From Anthoceros angustus (Eukaryota; Plantae; Anthocerotophyta): a DNA stretch of 64,000 nt. This document shows, one piece after another, positions 49,651 through 59,632 of this stretch (positions within the stretch are counted from its first letter, which is position 1; each line of letters starts with the position of its first letter). The DNA is taken from NCBI GenBank assembly GCA_010909165.1, contig MU008163.1, positions 1,488,001 through 1,552,000 of the forward strand, written 5' to 3'. Under the pieces are notes generated by a model. The model saw nothing but the letters and a program-made list of their open reading frames with translations, ran no database searches and was not told the origin of the DNA. The translations under genes and the position numbers were made by a program.

Positions 49651-50100
49651 TATTGTGCAGTATTGAGGACGTGACAGCCAAGGGGATAAAAATTAGAGTG
49701 AGCTTGCCCGAGCACAACCCCTCTCCAGGATGGATGGTTCAGGTCCCACCACGCCCACAGACAGCCCAGCGAGCCAAGCCTTTATCCGGAGCAAAACTTT
49801 GGCTGTGCACTCTCCATTTTCCAGGATATGGTGTGAGAAGGGCAGAGGCAGATGCAGGATATGTGATTTCACTGAAGGCTTGCCCCCCCATGTGTAGTGC
49901 CATGAACAGGATATGTAGAAAACATGCTGCTCAGTTTTAATGCAAGCTACAGCTTGATTCAGCCCAATGCCGCCTTCTCTTGCAGGGTATGCTCTTTTCA
50001 GTTCCGCACATGTGAATTGAAAAGGCATGCCATCCCTCATGACCCATGGCGATGCAATTCCCATTTCCCACAGCGCGCTCCTATCGTGACGACTTGCATC
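48300..50100 (-). pseudogene. Probable decayed Roc-COR (ROCO) GTPase gene
   Basis: Collinear motifs across frames: QVVTIGARCGK.EL (P-loop-like); MGGQAFSEITYP (G3-like); IKAWLAGL..PEPSIL; DKGIATLGATLFDVCWQLP; LNPAWLSDLMATVIR; GFLKLAVAPLFSLLSI; FYWKSQPLI. Recognised by eye only. Confidence 0.45.
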
Positions 50101-50209
50101 AGGGCATGTAGCCATGTATACATGCAGCAAACATGGAGCATCTTCGGAGAGCAAGGATCTTGATATCTGCAGCATGCCTTTCGGACCGTACGCGTGGCAT
50201 GGGGACATA

Positions 50210-50749
50210 CAGTCCACCCCCCTAATTGGGACTGGTTCGGAGTGCCTTTAGAGGTCCCATTAAGGGAAGTGTCCCGATTGTATTTTCCCTATTTAAAAAT
50301 AATAAAAATATTATAAACTTTAAAAAATAAAAAAATACCCCAAAAAAGAAAATTTAAATTTTGATTGATAGGTTTCACTAAAAATAGTTTTTACCAGTTC
50401 TTTATATAGTTGTTTGAAAGCTAGCACTCTCTCTAAGCAGCATCAAAAAACCTCTATCTATCATAAAGGAAAAAGCTTGGTTTAAGAGTCTTCAATCACA
50501 CCTAAAAGTCTATTGTGCTCTCAAATAATGGATTCTTTTTTCTTTCTTTTTTTAAATTTTTTTAGTAAAAAAAATTAAAAATCCCATTTAGGGAGGTGAA
50601 ACTAACATGAATGTATGTTTCAAAAGGTCCCAATTATCATTTAGGGAAAAGTCCCATTTATTACATTGTAAACTAAAGGGAGTAGGATGGGAGGTCCCAT
50701 TTAGAGAGGAATCCCATTTATAGAATTCCCAATTAGGGGGGGCCGACTG
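50210..50749. mobile_element. Tc1/mariner (pogo-like) MITE, 540 bp
   Basis: TA|CAGTCcaCCCCCCTAATTGGGA...TCCCAATTAGGGGGGGccGACTG|TA. ~24 bp imperfect TIRs, TA TSD and an AT-rich non-coding interior. Confidence 0.85.
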
Positions 50750-50789
50750 TAGTTCGGCATTGGACAGTTCCTTTTCTACCGTTGTTCTG

Positions 50790-51150
50790 ACAGCAGAACA
50801 ACGGGCATGCGAAACCAAGAGTTGTCAGTATTCGAGTTATCATCAGCCACCGACACCTGAGGGCATGGTGGAAGATTGCATCTGAGAGATTAAGCGGATT
50901 TTGCAGTTACGGATGCTTGTGCCTCACAACGGCACGCAACGTATAGAAAGGAGCTTGTTTTTGTGAGGAACAAGCATCTGTAATAGCAAAAGCATGCTGA
51001 CTGCAGCATTCGAACGGGCATGCCAAGCACCTAACTGGGACACTAGAGTTATCAGCAGCAAGCGACACCTGATGGAATGGTGGAAGACTGGCATCCGAGA
51101 TGCTTTCGCTAGTGCGTGTGCTGTTACGGAAGCTTGTGCCTCAAGTTGGC
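50790..51150. repeat. Diverged ~215 bp tandem duplication
   Basis: gggcatgc...gagttatca..cgacacctga.gg.atggtggaaga...gttacgga.gcttgtgcctca occurs twice. Confidence 0.7.
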
Positions 51151-51408
51151 TTCTCAAGGGTGTGGTCCGAAATGTTGCAGCCAAGCTCTAAGGCAGGACT
51201 TGGTCTGCCGGCAGTAGACTGGCTTTTGATGGATTCGGTTTGCTCGCGCGTCCCGCATTCTCCATTGATGTCTTCAATTTCAAGTTCGAGTCTTCCAGAC
51301 TGGTTGCGGAGTGGAATGGCTGTCCCAGGGGATGATCCCAGGCTTGATCTTTGGAAGGAGGCTGTAGAGTGCAACCCTTGAGCTCCTGGTAAGAGTCTGG
51401 ATCGCACT

Positions 51409-51547
51409 CTTTCCAGTGGCAACTTTGCTGTCTTTCCAGTGGCAATCTTGCTCACTTTCCAGGGGCATTTTTGCTCACTTTCCAGTGACAATCTTGCTCA
51501 CTTTCCAATGGCACTCTTGCTAACTTTCCAGTGGCACTCTTGCTCAC
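51409..51547. repeat. 23 bp tandem repeat x6 (ctttccagtggcaatcttgctca)
   Basis: Directly visible, ~160 bp upstream of the GT47 ATG. Confidence 0.92.
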
Positions 51548-51704
51548 CAAGTTGCTGCATGATTCTTGAAGTTCCGTAATGTTCCTTTCGGAAGTTTGAT
51601 GCGCTTGCTCATCCGTCTCCCGGCTCCGCAGTTGTTCAGCGTATCTTTTGGAGAAGCGCTGTAGAAGACGCTGCTGTCAATGCTTTCATCCTGGAGTCCT
51701 GAGG

Positions 51705-53264
51705 ATGGCTGCTTTCATGATGGTAGGGACGATGCAGCAGAAAGCGGGGACAGGAGTAAGTCGGGAAGGCTGTTCCCAGTGGTTTACGCCGCACTGGAGG
51801 AACTGCTTCATCTTCGCCTTCCTGGCTGTGATCCTGGTCTTGTCTTTCTTCGCGATGTTGCATACCAGCAAAGCGGTGATCGTTTACAGCCAGCTACAGC
51901 AGAGCCAGGCTGAGCTTTCGCACCATGGCCTCCGGAGTGCCTTCGAGACGTCGTCGTCCGTCTGCCAGGGACAACCGAAGATTTACGTGTATGACAACCT
52001 CCCAGCGGACTTCAACACAGATCTGCTGGTGCCATTCTGCAAGGGCGAGGTGGAGTTCTTTGCGTACTGGTGTGAAGCCCTTTGTAACGGGGGGCTCGGA
52101 AAGCAGATGAGCATTCAGGAACATGCAACTTGGGAACATCTGGTTCGCGACAGCGAGCACAAGATGGAGTCGCTTGCCAGGCTGAAGCAGCAGGCGGATC
52201 TTTACGAAAGCCTATGGATGAGCTCGCAGGATCTTGTTCCACACCAGGCCTGGTTTCACACGGAGCAAATCTCGTTGGAGCTGCTCTTCCACGAGCGGAT
52301 GAAGGTGTATCCTTGCCAGACCAAGGACCCCGAGCAGGCGAGTCTCTTCTACATCCCCTTCTACGCCACTCTGGATGTCTCGCGGCATCTCTCCAGCAAG
52401 TGGCAGCTGCGAGATCGGCTCTTCCAAAGGCTCATCGGCTGGCTCGTGGCGCAGGAGCCGTGGCTCCGGTACCCGCACAAGCATATGTTCGTCCTCGGCC
52501 GCATCGTGTGGGATTTCGCCAGGATGGAAGACGAAGACTCTTGGGGCAACTCTCTCCTCCGCCAGCCGGAGCTCGGCAGCACCATCAAGGTTCTCATCGA
52601 GCAGAGCATGGACCCCGACGACGACCTGGGCAGGGGCCAGATGGCGGTGCCCTACCCCACGGCTTTCCATCCCGCATCAGACTCAGAGCTCCAGGAATGG
52701 CGAGCAACAGTGGAGGCTTCCAGGCGGGATTCCCTGGTATCCTTCGTCGGGGGCCGACGAAAAGTCGTCTCCGACACGGCCAAGCTCCGAGACGTCATCT
52801 TCTCCCAGTGCCAGTCCCATCCGGAGTGCACGTTGCTGGATTGCGCGGATTTCGACTGCCTCCGACACCACCAGTACCTGCTCAGCCTCGCGCTGCGCTC
52901 TGTCTTCTGCCTGCAGCCGGAGGGGGACAGTCCAACTCGCCGCGCCATCTTCGACTCCTTGGTGACAGGATGTATTCCGGTCTTCTTCGCCCGGGAGAGC
53001 GCCTACCGCCAATACCTGTGGCACCTGCCTGCTAATTCCAGCAGCTGGTCGGTGTTCATTCCGGAGCAGGAAGTAAGGGACGGCTTGGAGCTGGTGCCCG
53101 TGCTGGCCCGCATCCCAATGCAGCAGGTGCGCGCAATGCAACGCGCCATTCTCGACCTCCTGCCGGACATCGTGTACTCCATGCCAGGCCACGACTCGCA
53201 GCGGACCTTCAGTGACGCTTTCGATGTGACGCTCCGGCACGCCTTCCAAGCCTCCAAACACTAG
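51705..53264 (+). CDS. Exostosin/GT47 glycosyltransferase (MUR3/XLT2-like xyloglucan galactosyltransferase clade), intronless
   Basis: N-terminal TM helix; IYVYDNLP; LELLFHERM; FYIPFYA; HMFVLGRIVWDF; FCLQPEGDSPTRRAIFDSLVTGCIPVFF. Confidence 0.92.
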   Translation: MAAFMMVGTMQQKAGTGVSREGCSQWFTPHWRNCFIFAFLAVILVLSFFAMLHTSKAVIVYSQLQQSQAELSHHGLRSAFETSSSVCQGQPKIYVYDNLPADFNTDLLVPFCKGEVEFFAYWCEALCNGGLGKQMSIQEHATWEHLVRDSEHKMESLARLKQQADLYESLWMSSQDLVPHQAWFHTEQISLELLFHERMKVYPCQTKDPEQASLFYIPFYATLDVSRHLSSKWQLRDRLFQRLIGWLVAQEPWLRYPHKHMFVLGRIVWDFARMEDEDSWGNSLLRQPELGSTIKVLIEQSMDPDDDLGRGQMAVPYPTAFHPASDSELQEWRATVEASRRDSLVSFVGGRRKVVSDTAKLRDVIFSQCQSHPECTLLDCADFDCLRHHQYLLSLALRSVFCLQPEGDSPTRRAIFDSLVTGCIPVFFARESAYRQYLWHLPANSSSWSVFIPEQEVRDGLELVPVLARIPMQQVRAMQRAILDLLPDIVYSMPGHDSQRTFSDAFDVTLRHAFQASKH

Positions 53265-53279
53265 TAATGGTTGCCTCAG

Positions 53280-53720
53280 GTTAAACGGACTGCACGACAC
53301 TGTCTAGTGACAGGAGCCGCGTGGAAGGAGGTTGGCGAATGGGAGTGCGCCGGCTGCGTGTACCCCGACACCCATAGAACCCTCCCGAGAAGCGCGTAGC
53401 TCTCCCTGTATGCAGGTAGTGTGCATTCCGGGGGTGAAGATCCAGGCCTCGGACCGGGGTGTGCCAGGTGTTGGGGCAAGGGGTTCTTTCGCGCTTGTTG
53501 GAGTCTGGGCCACAGTTTTTGGTTGCGTGTGCAGGGCCAGCGGATGTGGAGGACGTTGATGCTTGTCTTGGTCTCTTACTGTGACGTAGCGTAGCCCATG
53601 ACGTTAGAAACTGTACCATAGTCCTGAGGGACTGACGGTAGAATAGCCTATGTATGTGAGCACAGGTCCTCGAGTCACCGTACACGCCCGCATGTTTGAG
53701 ATGCATTGTGTTACAGGCCA
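53280..53720. repeat. Dispersed repeat, inverted homolog of 20040-20430
   Basis: Nucleotide similarity; this copy is more GC/CpG-rich. Confidence 0.75.
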
Positions 53721-53849
53721 TTAACCATTTGGCTCATGTAGTTTCTCTGTTGGGCAACCATGGGCTACTTTTGATTGAAAGAGTTCAGTGGACATGACCA
53801 CTTAAAAGCCCACATGTGTGCAATACTGTACATTTGCACTACACATGTG

Positions 53850-53985
53850 TGCCGCTGCAGGAATGGCTGCAGCCAACTATTGCACATGTGTGCCTCCTGC
53901 AGGTATGGCTGCGGCCAACTATTGCACATATGTGTGTGCCTCCTGGAGGTATGGCTGCGGCCAACTATTGCACATATGTGTGCTT
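53850..53985. repeat. ~45 bp tandem repeat x3
   Basis: gg(t/a)atggctgc(g/a)gccaactattgcacat repeated. Confidence 0.9.
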
Positions 53986-54526
53986 CCGCTCAACTTTGCA
54001 GCTTCATGCAGCAATCTTAGAAGGACTTAGAAGCTGATGCATTTGTAGCTAGCCACAACATGGTGAACAAGTTTGCAACTTGGGGGAGTGTGGAAGGCGC
54101 TTTCAAAATAAACTCCTAGGAACAGCCCAGTTGGCGTGGAAGAATGTGGGATGCCCTAACGACAGCCCGCCATGTGTCGCACGCCACGCGCCATGCAGCC
54201 CTAAATGCATGCTGCAAAAACCCTTCCTCTCGCAAAATACAGGTCTTGATGTCTGGATGCGTTTCATTGCATTGCAAGTTGTCACGATCAGAGCACGCAG
54301 CGGGGAATATCAAGACCTTGGGGCGTCAATGCTGAAATGCGGGTATTCGGTGGCGAATTTTAGGGTACTTCTGGGCATCAAGAACTGGCACGAACCTCAC
54401 CAGCTTGGCGGCATTTGGCAAATGCAAGCTTGAGGCAGGGACAGGGTGGAGGAATCTGCGAGCTGGTCTGCTTTGTTTTGCAGGGTTTGATCAATTTGAG
54501 GTGGAGGGCAAGGCGAGGCGGTACTG

Positions 54527-56395
54527 ATGCAACGGAGCAAGGGAATTGTTGTGCATCTGGCAACCAAATTGGTGCCAGAGGCGGGGTTCAAGGCGGGTGC
54601 GGGGCCTCACAGTTGGAGCTGGCTGGGCGGGCTCCGGGCGGAGCCTTTCCACGGGTGGGCTGAGAGTCTGGATGTGGGAAGTAGGGAGCACGGCGGGGGA
54701 TGTTCGTCGTCCGGGGACACGGCATTGGCCTCCAGAGGGCCTTATGCTTCGCGACTTCGGAGCAGGGGAGTGATTAGGTTCGATGGCCAGGATACTTTTA
54801 GCTTTCTCCAAGGCTTGCTGACGAATGATGTGAGGCGGTTTGAGAAGCAGCCTCCCACGGTTGCGAGCCCGCTTCCCACGCCTAATCAGGCAGCTGCCCA
54901 TCATCCGCCCATGTACTCAGCCTTGCTGAATCCGCAGGGAAGGTTTTTGTTCGACTTATTTTTGTACCGGCCTGTTCATGCTGAGGAGCGCCTTGACAGG
55001 ACTGGATCAGGTCCTGCCAAGGAAGGTCCGGATACCCCAGACTTACTGGCTGACGTCGACGCTGAAACTTTGGATGAGCTTGTTAGTGTTCTGAAAAGGT
55101 ATATGCTTGCATCACGGTAATGGTGCTTTCCGACTAATGCAGAAGACTGTGTTTCTCTGGTCTTCTCATCTTCTTCCTTTAAACACAATGAAGAAATTGC
55201 ACTGTGTTTCCCAGCTTCCTGGCTGCTCTGTGAGACTGGGATTCTTGAGTCAGTGCGGGGATAGTATGGTGTTGGTTTTAGACTGGTTCCCTGTGCTGAT
55301 TCCGGAACCAAGGTTTTTTCTTGATTCGTTTCTGGAGCTGTGTTTTGATAGTGTTTTTCTGGAAACAGACACAGACTCCGTGCGAAGGTGGACATTCAAA
55401 ATGTTTCTGAGGAATTTGCAGTGTGGCAGCGTTATGGAGGGGCTCTGTCAGAGGACCCTAAACAGGGTGAACTTTCTGAAGCGGGGGGTATTGGATGGGG
55501 GGCTGGTGAAGACAGCAATGCACAGCTGTCTGCGGAGAGTAACGGCAGCTCTTTCCGGTGGTGGAAAGATCCAAGGCTGGGCTTGCTTGGACTACGAGGG
55601 GTTTTTTCCTCCAGCAGTGTTCGTAAGATACGATACCCCTGTGGTTGTTTCATTTGATCATAGTAGACTCATGATTGGATTTCCATTGGACCTATGTTTC
55701 ACTCATCACTACTCTTTTGTTGTTCTAGCACCATTGGTAGACGCAGATGAGGAGGTTGATGCCCAATACTACCTGCTCTGGAGGCTGGAACAAGGCGTGC
55801 CTGAAGGCCCAAAGGAAATTCACACAGGTAGATATTACCCAAACATCGGGAATTGTGTCATTTATTTGACTGTGCGGGGCACTCTGCTCACCAGTATTGA
55901 TGGCTCATTAGGTGACGCCATCCCGTTGGAGTACAATCTAGACGGGTTGAATGCCATCAGCTTTGAAAAGGGTTGCTACGTCGGCCAAGAGCTGATCGCC
56001 CGCACCCATCATCGAGGAGTCATCCGAAAGCGCATCATGCCACTCAACTTTCTAAAAGCAAACGGGGATGGTAAGTAAGAGATCCCTGTTCACATCAAGC
56101 ATTCCTACATTGTAACATTCCCAGTCTGACCGCCGCCGCCTGTCCCCTGACAGAGGCTCAGCAGGACGTTGTCGAAGGCGCCGAAATCATTGACAAGTCG
56201 TCTGAAAAGAAACTAGGGAAAGTGACCTCAGTGCTCGGACCCCGAGGCCTGGGTCTTGTGAGACTGGAGGCCCTGCAGAAACAAGGGCGGCTCGGGATTG
56301 AGAACTCCGATGTGCATGTGAAGGCTATAAGGCCCAAGTGGTGGCCTCGGGAATGGGGTCATGAGGAGCATCCTCAAGCTGCTTCAAGCGCTTAA
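54527..56395 (+). CDS. IBA57: Mitochondrial Fe-S assembly transferase IBA57/CAF17 (YgfZ family), 5 exons (approx. 54527-55098, 55369-55622, 55729-55827, 55912-56070, 56154-56395)
   Basis: [23 protein letters not shown]; [12 protein letters not shown]; [13 protein letters not shown]; RLEQGVPEG; [39 protein letters not shown]; GT-AG introns. Confidence 0.93.
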
Positions 56396-56493
56396 GCATT
56401 TTTTGTTATGAGGTCGTCGCTTGAAGCATTTTCTGTTATGAGGTCGTTGCATCCGCCAGGACTCTCGCACATGCCATAGTTGCGATTCATCAT

Positions 56494-57716
56494 TCATTTC
56501 CGTTCCGTGTACATGCATCCACGCATCCACGCATCCCTCTCGGCAAAAACATACTCAAACCTCGGCTTGTTAATGTCATGAATCCCCATCCCCTTTGCTG
56601 TGTGCACCCAAATTTCTTCATCAACTTCTCCAGGTACATACACAAACTCTTCCCTCTTCCTGAGCCCAATTTTTTTCTCTTTTCCTGTGCCCAAAGTTTT
56701 TCTTCCTGCCGTCCCGACGAAAGCAGCTGGAGATTTCAGGAGAACAATTGCAACTGTAGCCGACAGTGTCTTGTTTCCGATGGAGGCTCCCAAGATTGGT
56801 ATAACACAAAATGCTAGTGGGCTTAACACGACAAGCAGCATTGGAGGTTTCACCCAGGCATATGATGGCGGTTGGTTGATTGGCTCGAGGGGCGCGGATT
56901 CACGTACATACCTGCCACACGGCCCTGACACGCCTGCATTGATGCCGAAGCGGAGCTTGAGGCGTGACTGGAGAGGATTTAAAAGCGGCCTGTTGCGGGC
57001 CTTGCTGGGATTTTCGCTGTCAGGCTTCCCACCCAGCCAGTGGTGGTCAAGGCCGCCGCACCCCGAGCCGTGCGGCTCCATGCCAAACCGAACATGGCTT
57101 CTCCTCCCCGCTCGTACCGCCTTCACTGCACCTCATCGGAGGGTCGCCTTCAGGCATGTCGGGCGTCCAGGCAGCATTTCTTAGAATTGGTGCCATCCTC
57201 TCGTGTCCTCTCATCAGCCTCTCCTATCCGTACATGCTGCCTCAGCAGCAGAAGCGCGGGAGTGCCCCTTCTAGAAGAGGAGCTCCCCCCTTTCCTCCTG
57301 TTCCCTCCTCCTTCCTTCCCCTTCTTGGGTCCTGCTGCCTGTCCCTCCTCACGTCTTTCATGCAGAAGGCTCGTCAGTCCGTGCGTCCCCACAGCTGACG
57401 GTGCGTACCTTCCCACCCAGGCGTTCTTTCTTTCCTTGCTGCTCGCTCTCTTAGTCTTGTTCTTGCAGCGACTTCCTGTTTGCGTGAGATTTTTCGTTGC
57501 AATGTTTCTGCTTCTTGGCGTTGAGGCTCTCAATGTACCTAGAAATGTTAGACTCATGGCCGGACTGATTGATGGGTTCCAGGGGTTTCGGGTTCTTCTC
57601 AGATGCGGTTGCAGAGCAGAAGAGAGGGGCATTGAAGGCGGGAGTAAATTGAATACGGAAATGCTGGTATGCCGCATCGCAGTCAATTCCCGCCTTCTCT
57701 TTTTTGGGCTGTGCAC
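56494..57716 (-). CDS. Possible uncharacterised protein (two adjacent ORFs, 188 and 210 aa)
   Basis: Long minus-strand ORFs in otherwise clean sequence. A PLEPINQ motif recurs. No family recognised. Confidence 0.3.
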
Positions 57717-57924
57717 AGAGCAGTACTAGTACTCGCACTAGTGCGCACTGTGAGCTCCTCGGGTGTGACGAGGAGCCTGACTTTAGCCACCTTCCTACCG
57801 TGACAGATTCATTAACGTGCCGCGTGAGTGACGTCCTCTTTCGCCGTCAGCTGCAGCTGCCCATTGAAAGGAACCATGTGATTGCAAGCCTCATCGAGTG
57901 CCAGCAAGCAGCAGCAGGAGGAGA

Positions 57925-59190
57925 ATGAGGCTCAGGATGAGAACATTGTGGGCTCCTCTCCTCTTCCTGGCATTGCTCGCAGCTGGAGGGATCCATGGGC
58001 GAATTGCTCCAGAAGGAAACAATCGGGAACGCAGCCACCGGAGGGCATTGCCGGAGTGGGAAGCGGCGGAAGAGTATCTGCAACTGGTGAACCGCCCATT
58101 CCTGGAGTCCATCACCCTCTCCGACGGCAGCACAGTGGACTGCGTCCGGCTCCAAGACCAGCTCTCTCTGCAGCACCCGTTGCTCAAGGACCACGCCATC
58201 CTCTCCGCCCCGTCCTTCCCGGACGGGAAACCCGGCGAGCCCGTCCGAGCTTCAACCCGCAAGGAGATTCCGGCGCCCACCTTCCAGCTCTTCCACCGCG
58301 AGAAAGGATCCTGCCCACCCGGCACAATCCCGGTGCGCCGCACCCGGCTGGAGGATCTGCAGGGCGTGGGCGATCCAGGAGCCCATCACAGGAAGTACAA
58401 CACCGGCATCGGCAACATCTCCAGGACAATCTCCGCCGGGTCCCGCACATTCCAGCCCCCGGGCTCCTCCGGCAGCCACGAGTACGCCATCGTGCAAGCC
58501 ACCGGGTCCTTCACCGGCGCCATGTCCTACATCAGCACATGGGCGCCGTTCGTGGCGGCGCCCGCCGACTTCAGCCTGTCTCAGCTCTGGGTGGGAGCAG
58601 GGGTGGGCAACAGCATCAACACCGTGGAGGCCGGGTGGCAGGTGTACCCGCTCCTCTCCGGGGACTACCGCCCGCACCTCTTCATCTACTGGACGGCGGA
58701 CGGCTACGCCTCCACCGGCTGCTACAACCTGCGCTGCCCGGCCTTCGTGCAGATCAACCCCACCGTGGTGCTGGGCGGCGCCATGGCCGCCGTCTCCTCC
58801 CCGGGCTCCGCCGTCTTCTACCAGAAATTCCTGCTCTACAAGGACCCCGTCGCCTGGTGGCTCCAGATCGACGGCTCCTGGATCGGATACTGGCCCGCCT
58901 TCCTCTTCAACTCCCTCGCGGTCTCCTCCAAGTGGATCCAGTGGGGCGGCGAGGTCTGCCTCACCTCCCCCGCTTCCGCCAGCACCGACATGGGATCCGG
59001 ATTCTTCCCCTCCACCGGCGCCGCCCGAGCCGCCACCCACAACACACTCAGCTCTGTGGACGCCGCCCTCAATCCGCACGACCAGGGGGGCCTCTTCATG
59101 TTCACCTCCGATGCCTCCCGCTACGCCGCCCAGGTCCAGTACCACACCAGCTCGGGGACCGAGCTCCTCTTTGGAGGTCCTGGCCAATAA
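57925..59190 (+). CDS. Neprosin-family glutamic peptidase (signal peptide, activation peptide, catalytic domain), intronless
   Basis: DGSTVDCV..QLSLQHPLLKDH; CPPGTIPVRR; NTVEAGWQV; FIYWTADGY..GCYNLRCPAFVQ; GYWPAFLF; IQWGGEV; DMGSGFFP. Confidence 0.92.
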   Translation: MRLRMRTLWAPLLFLALLAAGGIHGRIAPEGNNRERSHRRALPEWEAAEEYLQLVNRPFLESITLSDGSTVDCVRLQDQLSLQHPLLKDHAILSAPSFPDGKPGEPVRASTRKEIPAPTFQLFHREKGSCPPGTIPVRRTRLEDLQGVGDPGAHHRKYNTGIGNISRTISAGSRTFQPPGSSGSHEYAIVQATGSFTGAMSYISTWAPFVAAPADFSLSQLWVGAGVGNSINTVEAGWQVYPLLSGDYRPHLFIYWTADGYASTGCYNLRCPAFVQINPTVVLGGAMAAVSSPGSAVFYQKFLLYKDPVAWWLQIDGSWIGYWPAFLFNSLAVSSKWIQWGGEVCLTSPASASTDMGSGFFPSTGAARAATHNTLSSVDAALNPHDQGGLFMFTSDASRYAAQVQYHTSSGTELLFGGPGQ

Positions 59191-59632
59191 CCACTGTTCA
59201 TATATATAACCCATATTGCCTGAGTAACGTGTGTTCCTCCCGGTTCCGGGGGAGTGGACCATGCCTCGCGAGCATTACTTTGTGCGTCGATTAGCAGCAG
59301 CATTCTTGAGAACCGAGGATCATACATCATTTATGACCTACGTACCTCCCTTGTATCATCTGGGGTCTAGAATTCTGGAACAGCTATTACATGGATTTGT
59401 GTTGCTGGGTAAGTGATGCAGTGATGTAGGCAACGATTAGCTCTCATCCTCGTGCACTTCGTCGTGCATTGCCATCACCAATGCTGGAAGGAGGTTGGGA
59501 GTGGGGGCATACACAGATGTCATCTCGGGACACCGTTCTTGGGCACAGCAAGTTTAATAAGGATGCACCTGGCTTCAAGGAAGCACAGGTTGGCAGGAAA
59601 CGGTCAAGCTGGGAGGTTGCGGGATCTAGGGG

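Noticed and set aside
49640-49930. TIR-domain-like reading (HVFYISCSW)
   Set aside because: Only a superficial match; the neighbouring motifs fit Roc better.
52130-53035. 301 aa alternative-frame ORF and several antisense ORFs
   Set aside because: Shadows of the GC-rich GT47 CDS.
57882-59294. 470 aa (+) and 336 aa (-) overlapping ORFs
   Set aside because: Shadows of the high-GC neprosin CDS.
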